64,000 nt of DNA from positions 384,001-448,000 of the forward strand of contig CAVQUB010000011.1 of the NCBI GenBank assembly GCA_963716725.1, in the 5' to 3' direction. Source of the DNA: an uncultured delta proteobacterium (GTDB lineage Bacteria; Myxococcota_A; Polyangia; Polyangiales; Polyangiaceae). A model generated the notes under the pieces. It had not been told where the DNA came from, did not search any database, and saw nothing but the letters and a program-made list of their open reading frames with translations. The position numbers were made by a program, and so were the translations under genes. Of this stretch, positions 12,190 through 22,511 are shown one piece after another; within the stretch, counting starts at the first letter, position 1; each line of letters starts with the position of its first letter.

Positions 12190-14039
12190 GGCTGCCCGGC
12201 TCGGCGCTCGAGAGGCGAGTACTGGCTTGGCAGGCTGCCTTCGCCCTCGGCACTGCGTTCTTGGTGGCCCCGCTCGTGCCCCGATTGCTGCTCTTGTCAG
12301 GTCCGGTCCAAGAAGCGGTCACGCGCGTGCTCTTGTACTCGGTGGGAACCGGCGGAGCCGTCGCGCTGGTCCACAACGCGCTGGTCCTCGGTCGTCACCG
12401 AGCGCTGTTCGGTGCGCTGATCTCTGGACCGAACTCGGTGAAGGCTCGGGACCTGGCGGCCTTGGCCGAAGACAGCGGTCGCGTGGTGACCGGCTGGGTC
12501 GCTCCTCCCTTGGCCGGACTCGCGCTGACGGGAACACTGTTCCGACCAGCGCTGGTCGACCTGACGACCGGAGTCAGCGTCGCGCTCCTGGGCACGGTCT
12601 TCGTCGCCGCGGCGAGCCTCCCGCTCAGCGTGATGATCCGTGGGACCTTCGCCCAATGCTTCGAGGCTGCACCTCCGGACGTCATGCGTTCGGTGGTCGA
12701 ATCGGAGGAGAAACGCGGAAACCTCAAGCGGCACCTCCCACGACGGCTCATGTTCGCCGTGGCCTTGCCCGTGGCCCTCGTCTCGGTGGGCGCCGCGCTG
12801 GTCACCAACGCCGTAGTGCGGCGCGCCGACCAACGCGATCGCCAGGAGACGGCGCGCTTGTTGGCCCGCGCCGCCTTCGACTCGACACCTGGCTCGCTCG
12901 AGGCAGCCGGGGTCGAGGAAGCCGTGATCGCTGCCGAACGCGCCGGCTACATCGTCACGCTCAATCGCCGCTTCGCTCCGCCGCACGTCGAGCACGAAGC
13001 GGAGGGAACCGTCGAGATCTCCGCGCCGCTGGAGCAAGGCACTGCCCACGTGCGCCTCGGCGCCTCGGAGCTCGGGGTCTTCAGCCCGGTGTCCATGGTG
13101 GTGTCGCTGCTCTCGGTGATGCTCGCGGCCTTGTTTGGCGCAGGTCTCGGGCGGGCGCTGAACGACGACGTGGCGACGGCGACACGAGGCGTGCGTCTGC
13201 TCGGGACAGACAGCGTGATCGGCGGCGGCACGCGGGTGATGCGCCCGGTTCGCTTCCGGCTGGTCGAGGATCTCGGCCTGGCCATCGAAGATCTCGCCGA
13301 GCGCTTCCGCGTCTTCGCACACGCTCAGGAGCGGGCGATCTCCGCGCGCGAGCGGGCCGCCCGGATGCGCGGGCTGTTCTTCGCCAGCGTGAGCCACGAC
13401 CTCAAGAGCCCGCTCAACGCCATCCTCGGGTTCACCAACTTGGTTCGCGACACCGAAGAGCTCAGCCCCGGGCAGATCGAGAGCCTGGATCTGATCGCCA
13501 AGCGCGGGCTCGAGCTGTTGGCGCTGATCGAGACCATCCTCGACGCCTCGCGGGTCGAGGCGCGGCAGCTGACGCTGGTGCGCGAGAGCGTGCGCATCGA
13601 AGACCTCTTCGAGGAGGCGCTGAGCAAGGGCCGTGATCTGGGCGGCGACGAGCAGGTCGAGGTGGTCGCCGAGATCCTCGATGGTGTGCCCGACCTATCG
13701 GTGGATCGCCTGCGGCTCGCGCGAGCCCTCGCCACCATCATCGGTCATGCCCTCCGGTCCAGCGAGAAGGCCTACGTCCGCATGCGGGCAGCGCCGTCCC
13801 GGGCCGGCGGCGCGCGCATCGACGTCGAGGTGCCGAGCACCCGGGTGCCCGCCCGCGTCCTCGCCGGAATGCTCGACCCCAACCCCGACCCCGGCGAGCG
13901 GGAGCATCGCGGCCTCGCCTTGGGGCTCTCCCTCGCGCGCTCGGTCATCGAACTCCACGGCGGCACGGTCGCCGTGACCGATCGCGGCAGCAAGGGCAGC
14001 GTGTTCACGGTCAGGATCCCGGTCGGTCCCGCAGCCTGA
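12186..14039 (+). CDS. Multi-TM histidine kinase-like protein with degenerate ATPase domain
   Basis: H box VSHDLKSPLNAILGF present; N box reads ATIIGHALRSS, no DxGxG; GLALGLSLARSVIELHGG. Confidence 0.85.
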   Translation: MRLPGSALERRVLAWQAAFALGTAFLVAPLVPRLLLLSGPVQEAVTRVLLYSVGTGGAVALVHNALVLGRHRALFGALISGPNSVKARDLAALAEDSGRVVTGWVAPPLAGLALTGTLFRPALVDLTTGVSVALLGTVFVAAASLPLSVMIRGTFAQCFEAAPPDVMRSVVESEEKRGNLKRHLPRRLMFAVALPVALVSVGAALVTNAVVRRADQRDRQETARLLARAAFDSTPGSLEAAGVEEAVIAAERAGYIVTLNRRFAPPHVEHEAEGTVEISAPLEQGTAHVRLGASELGVFSPVSMVVSLLSVMLAALFGAGLGRALNDDVATATRGVRLLGTDSVIGGGTRVMRPVRFRLVEDLGLAIEDLAERFRVFAHAQERAISARERAARMRGLFFASVSHDLKSPLNAILGFTNLVRDTEELSPGQIESLDLIAKRGLELLALIETILDASRVEARQLTLVRESVRIEDLFEEALSKGRDLGGDEQVEVVAEILDGVPDLSVDRLRLARALATIIGHALRSSEKAYVRMRAAPSRAGGARIDVEVPSTRVPARVLAGMLDPNPDPGEREHRGLALGLSLARSVIELHGGTVAVTDRGSKGSVFTVRIPVGPAA

Positions 14040-14085
14040 GGCGACGGGGCTTGGTCCCAGGTCACGCCCTTCCTATAGTGGCGCC

Positions 14086-15507
14086 ATGAGCGAGCTCGAT
14101 CGACTGGATGCCACTGCTCTCGCCGAGCTGGTGCGAACGAAGAAGGCCTCCGCGCGTGAACTGGTGGAGCATTCCATCGCACGGATCGAGAAGTTGAACC
14201 CGACCTTGAACGCGGTGGTCACACCCATGTTCGAATCAGCGTTGGCGCGCGCCGATGCGCCGGTCGGCGACGGCCCCTTCGCCGGTGTCCCGTTCCTGGT
14301 GAAGGACATCCTCGCCTCGGTCGAGGGCGTGCGCTTCACCAGCGGTTCGCGCATGTTGGCGGACTTCGTGGCTCACGAAGACAGCGTCCTGATCGAACGC
14401 TTGCGCCGAGCGGGCTTCATCTTCGTGGGCAAGACCAACGTGCCGGAGTTCGGGTTCCTGCCCACCACCGAGCCTCGGCTCTTCGGTGCTTGCAAGAACC
14501 CTTGGGATCTCACGCGCACCACCGGCGGCTCCAGCGGTGGCTCGGCGGCGGCAGTCGCGGCCCGCATGGTGCCGGCAGCCCACGCCAACGACGGCGGCGG
14601 CTCGACTCGGATCCCGGCCTCATGCTGCGGGCTCTTCGGCCTGAAGCCCACCCGCGGCCGCATCACCTTGGCTCCGGCCCTCGGCGACGTGATGGGCGGC
14701 CTCGTAGCGGAGCACGTGGTGTCGATCTCGGTTCGCGACAGCGCGGCCATCCTCGACGCCACCCACGGACCTGCGCTCGGGGATCCCTACTACGCCGCGC
14801 CGCCCGTTCGGGCCTACGCCGAGGAGGTCAGGACCCCGCCGGGCAAGCTGCGCATCGGGATCTCGAGGACGCCCATCTCGGGCGTGGCGGTGCACGCGGA
14901 CTGCATTGCGGCCCTCGAAGACGCCCGAAAACTGCTGACGGAGCTCGGTCACGAGGTCGTCGATCGCGAGGTATTCCTGCCCGGCGACATGTTCCTGGAG
15001 GCGTTCTCGGTGCTGTGGACCGCCGGCGCCGCCGCGACGCTCGACGGACTGGCGTTGCTCACGGGTCGCAAGGCCACCAGCGAGAACGTCGAGCCCATGA
15101 GCTTTGCACTCGCCGAAGCCGGACGACAGCGCAGCGCCGGAGAGGTCCTGATCTCGATGGCCATCTTGCAGCGCCTGGCGCGCGAGTGGGCGAAGCAGCG
15201 CGACGACCTCGACGTGCTGGTGACGCCGACGCTCGCCCAGCCGCCGGTGCCGCTCGGCAGCTTCGATCTGGCAGACAACCCCCTGGGGGGCCTGTTCTTG
15301 GCGGCTGAGTTCGCTCCCTTCACTCCCGTTCAGAACATGACGGGCGAGCCCGCGGCGAACGTGCCTTTGACCTGGAATGCCGACGGACTTCCGATCGGCG
15401 TTCAGCTCGTCGGCCGCTACGGGGACGAGGCCACGCTTTTCCGGTTGTCAGCCCAGCTCGAGCAGGCGCGCCCCTGGGCGGAGCGCATTCCACCGCCCGC
15501 ACGCTGA
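14086..15507 (+). CDS. Amidase (amidase-signature family)
   Basis: [52 protein letters not shown]. Confidence 0.93.
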   Translation: MSELDRLDATALAELVRTKKASARELVEHSIARIEKLNPTLNAVVTPMFESALARADAPVGDGPFAGVPFLVKDILASVEGVRFTSGSRMLADFVAHEDSVLIERLRRAGFIFVGKTNVPEFGFLPTTEPRLFGACKNPWDLTRTTGGSSGGSAAAVAARMVPAAHANDGGGSTRIPASCCGLFGLKPTRGRITLAPALGDVMGGLVAEHVVSISVRDSAAILDATHGPALGDPYYAAPPVRAYAEEVRTPPGKLRIGISRTPISGVAVHADCIAALEDARKLLTELGHEVVDREVFLPGDMFLEAFSVLWTAGAAATLDGLALLTGRKATSENVEPMSFALAEAGRQRSAGEVLISMAILQRLAREWAKQRDDLDVLVTPTLAQPPVPLGSFDLADNPLGGLFLAAEFAPFTPVQNMTGEPAANVPLTWNADGLPIGVQLVGRYGDEATLFRLSAQLEQARPWAERIPPPAR

Positions 15508-15521
15508 AGCGCCTGGGACGC

Positions 15522-16985
15522 TCAGCGTGCGATCACCACGTAGGTGCCCGCGCCGTGCCGGCCGCCCGGGCCCGCGCCGCCCCAACCCGCGGGCACCGTC
15601 GGCGTCGTCCAGTCGTGGAGCCACTTGCCGTCGCGGGGTGAAACGTTGACGCAGCCGGCGCTCATCGGCTCGCCGAATTCTTCGTGCCAGTAGGCGGTGT
15701 GCAGGGCGAAGGGCGCGTTGAAGTACTGCGTGTAAGGCACGTCAGCGATCCAGAATTTGCGGTTCTCGCCGTACTCGGGGCTCATGGTCGTGGCCCCGTG
15801 TTTGAAGGTGACCCGGTACACGCCGAGCGGCGTCGTGCTCATCTTGATCGGATCCTTGCCCTTGATCGGCACGCCGCCGGCGCCCGGCGACGCCAGAGTC
15901 GCAAACACCGCTCGTTTGCCCTCGTAGGCGATGAGCGTGCCCTGGGTGATGCTGTGCATGAGCCACTTCGATCCCGCCGCTACCCCAATCGGCGGCTCCT
16001 TGCGCTCGCGGATCACGGTCGCGTCGTCCTCGCGCACCCAGATCACGTCCGCGCCCGCCGACTGCCGGGTCGCCAGGTAGCGCTTGCCGAAAACCTCCAC
16101 GGCAGGCGCCGAGTCGTCGATTCCGATCCAGCTCCGTGCCCCGAAGCTCTCACCGGTGGGCTCGAATGCCTCGCCGACACGGCGGAATTTCGGTCGAGGC
16201 TTGGCGCGGAAAAAAGCGATGGGCAACGCGCCGTCTTTTCCGATTTCGACACCGCGAAATTCGCTCACTCGGAACGGTCGGACGCGATCGGCGGGCACCA
16301 GGGTGCCGTCGGAGCTGAGCAGATAGGTGCGGCCTTCGTGGCTGAACGAGCCTTGGTACGCCAACATCGAGCCGTGGGGGATCTGCCGGCGCAGCGTCTC
16401 GAGCGGGTTGGCGTCACCGGCGCTGCCTCCGTTGGCGAAGAACCAAGGCAGCGCGGTGCTCGCTTCGACCGCGCGCGCTTCGGCCAGCCGCTCGTGCCCG
16501 CGATTGCCCCACGACTGCGGCTTGAAGCTGCCCGCTTTTCCGAAAATCTTGCCCTCGCGCTCGACCTCGACGCTGCTGGGCAGGCGCCGGTACATCGGCG
16601 CGCCGTTCGACAGCGCAAAGTCGAAGGGCATCAGGCTGTTCCGAGGCGCCAACTCAGCCATGGCGCGCAGCCAGCGGCTGCTTCTCTCGATGCTCGCGCG
16701 GCGATCGAGACACACCCAGCCGTAGGGCTCGACCGGGTAGTACGAGCCGCTGCAACCCGTCCCCTTGACCGGCGCCTCGGATCGCAAGGCCACTGACTGA
16801 CCTAGCCTGACATAGCCAAGGGGGTTCTTGCCGTTGCGCGGCTGCTCGTGGATCCAGGTCGTCTGGCCGCGACTCCAGATCCGCGTCGGGCCAGCCTCTG
16901 GCTTCGCTGCCGCGTTCGGCGCATCCGCGAGCGCTGGCGCGCCGAACGCGAGCACGACGAGAGCAGCTGCGGGCCGGGGAAGCAT
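15522..16985 (-). CDS. L,D-transpeptidase family protein
   Basis: Signal peptide; C-terminal YkuD-type ALHTAYWHEEFGEPMSAGCVN. Confidence 0.88.
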   Translation of the reverse strand: MLPRPAAALVVLAFGAPALADAPNAAAKPEAGPTRIWSRGQTTWIHEQPRNGKNPLGYVRLGQSVALRSEAPVKGTGCSGSYYPVEPYGWVCLDRRASIERSSRWLRAMAELAPRNSLMPFDFALSNGAPMYRRLPSSVEVEREGKIFGKAGSFKPQSWGNRGHERLAEARAVEASTALPWFFANGGSAGDANPLETLRRQIPHGSMLAYQGSFSHEGRTYLLSSDGTLVPADRVRPFRVSEFRGVEIGKDGALPIAFFRAKPRPKFRRVGEAFEPTGESFGARSWIGIDDSAPAVEVFGKRYLATRQSAGADVIWVREDDATVIRERKEPPIGVAAGSKWLMHSITQGTLIAYEGKRAVFATLASPGAGGVPIKGKDPIKMSTTPLGVYRVTFKHGATTMSPEYGENRKFWIADVPYTQYFNAPFALHTAYWHEEFGEPMSAGCVNVSPRDGKWLHDWTTPTVPAGWGGAGPGGRHGAGTYVVIAR

Positions 16986-17067
16986 CGCCGCATCGTGTCC
17001 GAGAGCGGGCCGCTTGAAAAGGGCTACATGGAAACGGACCGCCCTCCAGAGTAGAGTCGCGCCCCCC

Positions 17068-18132
17068 ATGGCGTCCCGCAAAAAGCAGGACGGCGCCCCG
17101 CCGGCGTCGACCGAAGACCGCGTGTTGACGCCAGCGGCGGTCGACGAAGACGAGCGTTTCGACCGCCTGTTCCGCCCCGAGTCCCTCGACGAGTTCATCG
17201 GTCAGGACAAACACAAGCAGAACCTCCAGGTCTTCGTGGCCGCGGCGCGGAAGCGCACCGAGCCCCTCGACCACATCTTGCTGTGCGGGCCACCGGGCCT
17301 CGGCAAGACGACCCTCGCTTACATCTTGGCCAAGGAAATGGGGGTGAACCTGGCATTGACCAGCGGCCCCGCCGTCGAGCACAAGGGCGCGCTCACGGGC
17401 GTCCTGACCAAACTCGGGCGCGGCGACGTGCTCTTCATCGACGAGATCCATCGTCTGAACGCCACCGTCGAAGAAGCGTTGTATCCGGCCATCGAAGACT
17501 TCCGAATGGACGTGATGATGGGTGAAGGGGCCTACGCGGAGAGCATCTCCATCGATCTCAGGCCGTTCACGCTCGTGGGCGCCACGACGCGCACGGGCCT
17601 GTTGAGCAAGCCGCTGCAAGAACGCTTCGGTGTCACCCTGCGCCTCGACTTCTACCCGGTCTCCGATCTCGAACGCATCGTCTCGCGGAGCGCGCGCTTG
17701 TTCGGCGTTCCCTGCACCGACGGCGGCGCCCGGGCCCTCGCCCAGCGCTCCCGCGGCACGCCGCGCGTCGCCAACCGACTGCTGCGGCGTGCTCGAGACT
17801 TTGCCGAGGTAGAGGGCAACGGGCAGATCGACGACCAGATCGTGCGCTTGACCTGCGACCGCCTGGAGATTGACGAAGCAGGGCTCGACGAAATGGATCG
17901 ACGGCTGCTCAGTATCTTGATCGACCACTACGAAGGGGGACCGGTCGGGGTCGAGACGCTGGCGGCAGCCATGGCCGAGCCACGCGACACCATCGAGGAC
18001 GTTTACGAGCCGTACCTCTTGCAACAGGGCTTCCTCGGCCGCACGCCCCGGGGTCGCGTAGCAACGAAGAAATCCTACGAGCACCTCGGCAAGCCCCTGG
18101 TCGATCGCGCACCGCAGGGCAAGCTGTTCTGA
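17068..18132 (+). CDS. ruvB: Holliday junction branch migration helicase RuvB
   Basis: RPESLDEFIGQ, GPPGLGKTTLA, LFIDEIHRL, GATTRTG, SRGTPRVANRLL, EPYLLQQG...RTPRGR. Confidence 0.97.
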   Translation: MASRKKQDGAPPASTEDRVLTPAAVDEDERFDRLFRPESLDEFIGQDKHKQNLQVFVAAARKRTEPLDHILLCGPPGLGKTTLAYILAKEMGVNLALTSGPAVEHKGALTGVLTKLGRGDVLFIDEIHRLNATVEEALYPAIEDFRMDVMMGEGAYAESISIDLRPFTLVGATTRTGLLSKPLQERFGVTLRLDFYPVSDLERIVSRSARLFGVPCTDGGARALAQRSRGTPRVANRLLRRARDFAEVEGNGQIDDQIVRLTCDRLEIDEAGLDEMDRRLLSILIDHYEGGPVGVETLAAAMAEPRDTIEDVYEPYLLQQGFLGRTPRGRVATKKSYEHLGKPLVDRAPQGKLF

Positions 18133-18212
18133 GCAACGCTGCCGCCCGGCGTTCCCCGACCTTCCCCCCACCAAGTCTTGCCCCCGCCTGAAAGCTCGCG
18201 CATTCTAGTGGG

Positions 18213-19424
18213 ATGCGGCGAGTGTTGCTTCTCGGGGCGTGCGTTCTGGTGATGGCGTGCAGCAGCGACAGCGGTGACGACGCCGACACGGACGGAGGCG
18301 GCGGGACTGCGAGCGGCGGAACCAGCAGCGGCGGCGCGGCGGGGAGCGGTGGCTCCGCCGGAGCTCAGGTCGGAGGCAGCGCGGGTGCCGGCGCAGCGGG
18401 AGGCGCCGCAGGTGGCGGCAGCGGCGGAACCGGCGGCACGGCCACTGGCGGCACCAGCAACGGCGGCAGCGGCGGCACGGCCACTGGCGGAACCAGCAAC
18501 GGCGGCAGCGGCGGAACCAGCAGCGGCGGAACCAGCAGCGGCGGAACCAGCAGCGGCGGAACCAGCAGCGGCGGAACCAGCAGCGGCGGAACTGGCGGTA
18601 CGGCCACCGGCGGGACCGGGGGCGGGGCGGGCACCGTCTGCGCGCGTTGGAAAGCCGACCGCGCCGACATGGCGGAGGGCACCTGGAGCGGAAACGTCGC
18701 GGGCTGCGTGGCCGGGGACGTGAGCGCCAAGGGTCGGGCAAACGCCTTGAAGCTGGTCAACCTCTATCGCTTCATCGCTGGCCTGCCCGCGGTGACCAAC
18801 AACGCCACCGCAGATCAGCAGGCGCAGGCGTGCGCCTTGATGATGCACGCGAACGGCAAGCTCTCGCACACCCCACCGACGAGTTGGAACTGCTACACGG
18901 CGACGGGGGCAGGCTCGGCAGGCAAGAGCAACATCGCGACGACGCCGGGCGTGAAGGGCGTGGACCTCTACATGGCGGATCCGGGCAACGCGACCACCAT
19001 CGGCCATCGCCGGTGGATCTTGTCAAACTCCCTCGGACCCATCGGTCTGGGTACGACCAGCGGCTACTCGTGCATGCAGGTCATCGGCGGCAGCGGCAAG
19101 GCAGGCAAGCAGTACGTGGCCTTCCCACCGGGCGGGGAAGTACCGCTCCAGATGTTCACCGCGTCCTTTGCGTCCCTCGACTCCACTGGGTGGACCGTCC
19201 AGAGCGACACCATCAACCTGACCGGGGCCCAGGTGACGGTGAAGGACGCCGGCGCCACCAAACCGGTAACGGTCACTGCGCTTCAGGGCGGGTACGGCAG
19301 CAAATACGCCTTCCGCTTCAATCCCCAGGGCTGGAAGACCGAGGCGGGGCACACCTACTCGGTCAGCGTCACCGGCGCGGCGCAGCCCATCAGCTACGAC
19401 GTGAAGGTCGTGAACTGCAACTGA
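18213..19424 (+). CDS. CAP/SCP-like domain lipoprotein with Gly/Ser/Thr linker
   Basis: Lipobox VMAC; LVNLYRFIAGL, LSHTPP, IGHRRWIL. Confidence 0.8.
   Translation: MRRVLLLGACVLVMACSSDSGDDADTDGGGGTASGGTSSGGAAGSGGSAGAQVGGSAGAGAAGGAAGGGSGGTGGTATGGTSNGGSGGTATGGTSNGGSGGTSSGGTSSGGTSSGGTSSGGTSSGGTGGTATGGTGGGAGTVCARWKADRADMAEGTWSGNVAGCVAGDVSAKGRANALKLVNLYRFIAGLPAVTNNATADQQAQACALMMHANGKLSHTPPTSWNCYTATGAGSAGKSNIATTPGVKGVDLYMADPGNATTIGHRRWILSNSLGPIGLGTTSGYSCMQVIGGSGKAGKQYVAFPPGGEVPLQMFTASFASLDSTGWTVQSDTINLTGAQVTVKDAGATKPVTVTALQGGYGSKYAFRFNPQGWKTEAGHTYSVSVTGAAQPISYDVKVVNCN
18510..18584 (+). repeat. Five perfect tandem 15-bp units GGCGGAACCAGCAGC (GGTSS)
   Basis: Directly visible within the linker of 18213..19424. 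Confidence 0.95.
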
Positions 19425-19529
19425 CCCAGGGAAATTCCCCGACAAATTCGCTCAGTTGTCGCAGAGAGCTGGCCCACGCCCCAGCCGGCTTGCCCCCTTT
19501 CGATGTGGCTGGGATAATCCCGAAAACTC

Positions 19530-21230
19530 GGGGAATCCACCACGACCACGACCACCAAAGCGCTGGGAAAGTACCGGCTGCTCGCCCGGCTCGGGCAGGG
19601 CGGCATGGCGGAGGTGTTCCTCGCGGCCGCGGCCGGTCCGGCTGGGTTCAACAAACTGCTGGTCGTGAAGCTGATGAAGCCGGAGCTGCTCGAGGAGCCC
19701 GAGCACAAGACGATGTTCCTCGACGAGGGCAAGCTCGCCGCCCGGCTGAACCACCCCCACATCGTTCAGACCCACGAAGTTCAGATCGACGGCGATCAGT
19801 ACTTCATGGCGATGGAGTACCTGGATGGGCAGCCGCTGCATCGGATCCTGCGGCGCGCGCACAAGACCCAGACGTACCTACCCCTGCACTGGCACTTGCA
19901 CTTCCTGTGCGAGGTCCTGTCCGCCCTCGAGTACGCCCACGAGCTCTGCGACTACGACGGGACTCCGCTCCGCCTCGTGCACCGGGACGTGACTCCTCAC
20001 AACGTCTTCGTGACCTACGCCGGGCAGGTGAAGTTGTGTGACTTCGGGATAGCGAAGAGCATGGTCTCCTCGGTCGAGACCCGTGCGGGTGTCCTCCGCG
20101 GCAAGGTCGCCTACATGTCTCCCGAGCAAGTGCTCGGCGCGAAGCTCGACCACCGGGGCGACTTGTTCTCGGTGGGGGTGATGCTCTGGGAAGCCATCGC
20201 GGGCACTCGCATCTGGGACGGCTTCGCCGAAATCCAGATCATGCAGGGGCTCTGCCAAGGCGAAGTCCCGAGACTGAGGGATCGCGACCCCAACGTCGAT
20301 CCCGAGCTGGAGGCCGTCGTGCAGCGAGCGCTCGCGCCACGCCCCGACGACCGGTTCCAGACCGCGCGAGAGTTTCGTCAAGCGCTCGAGAGTTTCCTGT
20401 TCAGCCACACCGCTCGAGTCGATCCGCGAGCGGTCGGTGATTTCATCGGCAAGCAGTTCGAAAAGGAGCGCTCCGGGCTGCAGTCCGTGATCCAGGAACA
20501 GCTGACGGGACCGCATCAATCGCCGGCGGCGCTCGACTCACGCCCGCCCCCGTTCTTGCGTCACGCGAGCGACTCGAGCCCCTCACGCTCGGCCCGCGCC
20601 GAATACGCCGCGTCGCAACCGTCCGCGGCGGGAAGTTCCGGGGGCAACATGCAGCTCGGTGGGGGCAGTCGCACCATCCCCTCGGTCGAGGTCCAAGCCT
20701 TCCGGCCGCGCCGCACCTTCGCTGCCGCGGTGGGCATCGCCGCGGCCTTGGGCGTGTTCTTGATCGTCGCCGTCGCTTTCTTGGTCGTGCGCATGACGAG
20801 CGACCCAAAAGCGCAAGTTCCGGACGTGGAGGCGGTCAGGCCAGCCACCCCCGGCGAGCCGATGCATCCCGCGGCATCGGCCTCACCTACCGCGCCACAG
20901 GTGGTGGAGATCCGCGTCACCGTGTCTCCTGCGTCCGCGAAGCTGTTCATGGACGGCACGGAGATGACCAACCGACCCTTCGTCGTGAGTCAGCTCGCCG
21001 ACGCGAAAGACCACACCTTCCGCGGCGAAGCTGCCGGACACGATCCGGAGGAGCGAGTGCTGAAGTTCGACCAGAGCCGGGAGATCGCGCTGGTGCTGAA
21101 AAAGAGCTCTGGCGGGGGCTTCCGTGCTCCGGTGGTCACGCCGCCTCCGCCGAAGCCCGAGGAGCCGGAGATCACCAACAAGAAGAAGCCACCTTCGACG
21201 CAGCTCGATCCGGGCGATCCATGGAAGTGA
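19530..21230 (+). CDS. Membrane Ser/Thr protein kinase with PEGA-like C-terminus (true start unresolved)
   Basis: LGKYRLLARLGQGGMAEVF extends upstream of ATG 19605; HRDVTPHN, DFGIAK, GKVAYMSPEQ; TM helix. Confidence 0.9.
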   Translation, partial: GESTTTTTTKALGKYRLLARLGQGGMAEVFLAAAAGPAGFNKLLVVKLMKPELLEEPEHKTMFLDEGKLAARLNHPHIVQTHEVQIDGDQYFMAMEYLDGQPLHRILRRAHKTQTYLPLHWHLHFLCEVLSALEYAHELCDYDGTPLRLVHRDVTPHNVFVTYAGQVKLCDFGIAKSMVSSVETRAGVLRGKVAYMSPEQVLGAKLDHRGDLFSVGVMLWEAIAGTRIWDGFAEIQIMQGLCQGEVPRLRDRDPNVDPELEAVVQRALAPRPDDRFQTAREFRQALESFLFSHTARVDPRAVGDFIGKQFEKERSGLQSVIQEQLTGPHQSPAALDSRPPPFLRHASDSSPSRSARAEYAASQPSAAGSSGGNMQLGGGSRTIPSVEVQAFRPRRTFAAAVGIAAALGVFLIVAVAFLVVRMTSDPKAQVPDVEAVRPATPGEPMHPAASASPTAPQVVEIRVTVSPASAKLFMDGTEMTNRPFVVSQLADAKDHTFRGEAAGHDPEERVLKFDQSREIALVLKKSSGGGFRAPVVTPPPPKPEEPEITNKKKPPSTQLDPGDPWK

Positions 21231-22222
21231 TGCGCCGCTTCGCGAGTGGGCTGGCGCTCGCAGCAGCTTGCCTCACGGTCTTGCCAGCAACGGTGAACGC
21301 CGCTGAACCCAAGGCCGAAGAACAGGCCGAAGCGCGATCTCGCTACAAGAAGGGGCTCGAACTCTACGACGAGGGCGCTTTCGACGCAGCGCTGATCGAG
21401 CTGCAGCGCGCCTACGATCTCTCCCCCTCGTACAAGATCCTCTACAACGTCGGGCTGGTCTACCTACAGCTGAACGACTTCGCGGGGTCGCTCCGCAATT
21501 TCAAGAAGTATCTGGACGACGGCGGGAAGAAGATCGATCAGCGGCGACGGGCGGAGGTCGAGAAAGAGATCGGCAAGCTCCAGGGCCGGGTCGCGAGCGT
21601 CGAGCTCAGCGTGAACGTGGACGGCGCCGAGGTGAGCGTCGACGACCTGGAAGTGGGCGAGACCCCCCTCGACAAGCCCCTGATCGTCAACGCCGGCAAG
21701 CGGAAGATCTCGGTGCAGAAGTCCGGCTACGCACGCGCAACCAAGGTCGTCGTGGTGGCCGGCGGGGACACCACGAAGCTCACCCTGACGCTCGAATCCG
21801 GCTCCTCCGCGGCGGCGCCACCGGGCAACGCGGACAAGCCTGGGGCGGCGGCGGCGGGCAAGTCGGCGAAGGGAAAGCCGGAGTCCGGGCCCAGCCGACC
21901 GATCCCGTGGCTGTGGTGGGGAGTGACGGGCGGGCTCGTCGCGGGAACCACCGTCGCCGGCGTGTTCACCCTCGGCGCGCAGTCGGACCTCGACGGAAAG
22001 AAGCAGCACCCGACGGGCAAGGCCGAGCTCGACGACGCGGCGTCGAAGACGCGAACGTTGGCCATCGTGACCGACGTGCTCTTGGTCGGAAGCCTGGCCG
22101 CCGGCGGGTACGCCACCTATCTGACCTTCTTCGCGAAGCCCGAAGACCCGAAGAAGGATCGGGCCGCAGGCCTCTCGATCGGCGTCGGTCCCGCCAGCGT
22201 GAGCGTAGCCGGCAGCTTCTGA
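21221..22222 (+). CDS. TPR + PEGA domain protein
   Basis: Signal peptide, ARSRYKKGLELYDEG...ILYNVG TPR-like helices, VNVDGAEVSVDD...VNAGKRKISVQKSGY PEGA, C-terminal hydrophobic segments ending AGSF. Confidence 0.85.
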   Translation: MEVMRRFASGLALAAACLTVLPATVNAAEPKAEEQAEARSRYKKGLELYDEGAFDAALIELQRAYDLSPSYKILYNVGLVYLQLNDFAGSLRNFKKYLDDGGKKIDQRRRAEVEKEIGKLQGRVASVELSVNVDGAEVSVDDLEVGETPLDKPLIVNAGKRKISVQKSGYARATKVVVVAGGDTTKLTLTLESGSSAAAPPGNADKPGAAAAGKSAKGKPESGPSRPIPWLWWGVTGGLVAGTTVAGVFTLGAQSDLDGKKQHPTGKAELDDAASKTRTLAIVTDVLLVGSLAAGGYATYLTFFAKPEDPKKDRAAGLSIGVGPASVSVAGSF

Positions 22223-22229
22223 TCCCACC

Positions 22230-22385
22230 CCCACCGCGCACGCACGCGCCCCTCGCACGCGCACGTGCCCCTCGCACGCGCACGCGCGCCCGACCCCGAC
22301 CCAAAGGCGCGGAGTACGCAGAGCACGCGGAGAACGCAGGGGTCTTCTTCCTCAGAGTCAGAGCCCACACTCGACCCCGACCCGT
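22230..22385. repeat. Low-complexity intergenic repeat cluster
   Basis: CCCCTCGCACGCGCACG twice, CGACCC units, four 9-bp units of consensus ACGCRGRGN at 22307-22342. Confidence 0.75.
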
Positions 22386-22511
22386 TGCCGGATCAGCCCG
22401 GTGAGCAGCGCCACCACGCGATTACCGAGCACGACGCATCTCGCGGCGTCCTCCGCCGACGCATCTCCGGTCAGCGCCGCGATCTCGACTGCAGCGACGG
22501 CTGGCGCCGCC

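Noticed and set aside
18300..18630. Gly-rich repeats as a contingency locus
   Set aside because: In-frame linker repeats are common in myxobacterial lipoproteins and would not switch phase
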